DNA of 64,000 nucleotides from Vicinamibacteria bacterium (GTDB taxonomy: Bacteria > Acidobacteriota > Vicinamibacteria > Marinacidobacterales > Marinacidobacteraceae): assembly GCA_965199715.1 (NCBI GenBank), contig OZ241322.1:1152001-1216000 (forward strand), given 5' to 3'. A model generated the notes under the pieces. That model was not told where the DNA came from. It did no database searches and was given only the letters and a program-made list of their open reading frames with translations. This document shows, one piece after another, positions 63,305-64,000 of the stretch (its first letter is position 1; each line of letters begins with the position of its first letter). Made by a program: the position numbers and the translations under genes.

Positions 63305-64000
63305 GGGCGCCGCACTCGTCCTCGGGGCCGGGGCCGTCGGTCTCTCGTGCGCGTACTTCCTGCGCCGGTCGGGCCGCGAAGTGCGGGTCGTGGACGCCGG
63401 GCTTGCCGGCCACGGCGCCACGAAGGGCACCGCCGGTCTCGTCTGCCCGGCGCATTCCGCGCCGCTTCCGGGACCGGGAGTCCTGTGGAAGGCGCTTCGC
63501 TGGAGCCTCCGGCGGGACAGCCCCTTCCGCATCCGCTGGCGGGCCGATCCCGAGCTCCTGCGCTGGCTGCTCGGGTTCGTCCGCGCTTGCAACCGGGCGC
63601 GGTCGCGCTCCGGCTTCCGCGCGATCCATGCGCTGTCGAGCCTGAGCCTCGCCCGCTTCGCCGAGCTCGCCGGCCCCCGCGGACTCGACTTCTTCTTCGA
63701 GCGGCGGGGCGGCTGGTTCGTGTTCGAGACGCCCGACGGCTTCGCCCGCGCCCGGACCGAGGCGGAGGAGCTGCGCCGGGAGGGCGTGGAGTGCTCGGCG
63801 CTCGACGGCGACGCAATCCGGGAGCGCGAGCCGGGACTCTCGGACCGCGTCGCCGGCGGCGTCTTCGCGCCGCACGACGCGCACGGGCTGAGCGTCGGGT
63901 TCGCCGAGAGCCTCGCGCGCGCCCTCGAACGGGACGGGGTCGTCATCGAGAGCGGGGTCCGGGTCGAGCGGCTGCTGCTGGACGGAAGTCGGGTCGTCGG
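63273..64000 (+). CDS. FAD-dependent oxidoreductase, D-amino acid dehydrogenase (DadA)-like, partial
   Basis: LVLGAGAVGLSCAYFL...G.EV.VVD, G.AG; runs off window. Confidence 0.8.
   Translation, partial: MVPRRTTGRGKGAALVLGAGAVGLSCAYFLRRSGREVRVVDAGLAGHGATKGTAGLVCPAHSAPLPGPGVLWKALRWSLRRDSPFRIRWRADPELLRWLLGFVRACNRARSRSGFRAIHALSSLSLARFAELAGPRGLDFFFERRGGWFVFETPDGFARARTEAEELRREGVECSALDGDAIREREPGLSDRVAGGVFAPHDAHGLSVGFAESLARALERDGVVIESGVRVERLLLDGSRVV

Overview
Very GC-rich bacterial chromosomal window, densely coding and almost all housekeeping. The ADOP-type permease, futalosine-pathway mqnD and overall gene set suggest Acidobacteriota (inference). It holds the str/S10 ribosomal protein cluster (rpsL-rpsG-fusA-rpsJ...rpsC, no tuf), a topoisomerase IV-like pair in A-then-B order, an rplU-rpmA-obgE-nadD-rsfS-lapB-comF block running into an ECF sigma/STAS module, a divergent rho, hisS, cstA, four tandem DUF4013 paralogues, acnA, coaX, mqnD, gatB, accD-folC-proS, an MltF-like gene, a Dyp-aquaporin-carbonic anhydrase-apt-yfcC run, ABC transporters and trmB. 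I saw no rRNA, tRNA, CRISPR array, integrase or transposase. The most notable signals concern translation: (1) three downstream genes have no canonical start codon, and each follows an upstream gene ending GAC-TGA-G, in the +1 frame; (2) TAnnnT -10 boxes sit 6-11 nt before many start codons (leaderless or near-leaderless mRNAs), some of them bidirectional; (3) the uS7 and uL22 hairpins are altered. Several proteins have lost functional residues (an S1/P1-like protein, the Rho primary RNA site, an alpha-carbonic anhydrase, a decaying aminopeptidase P). All family calls come from motif recognition, not database searches.
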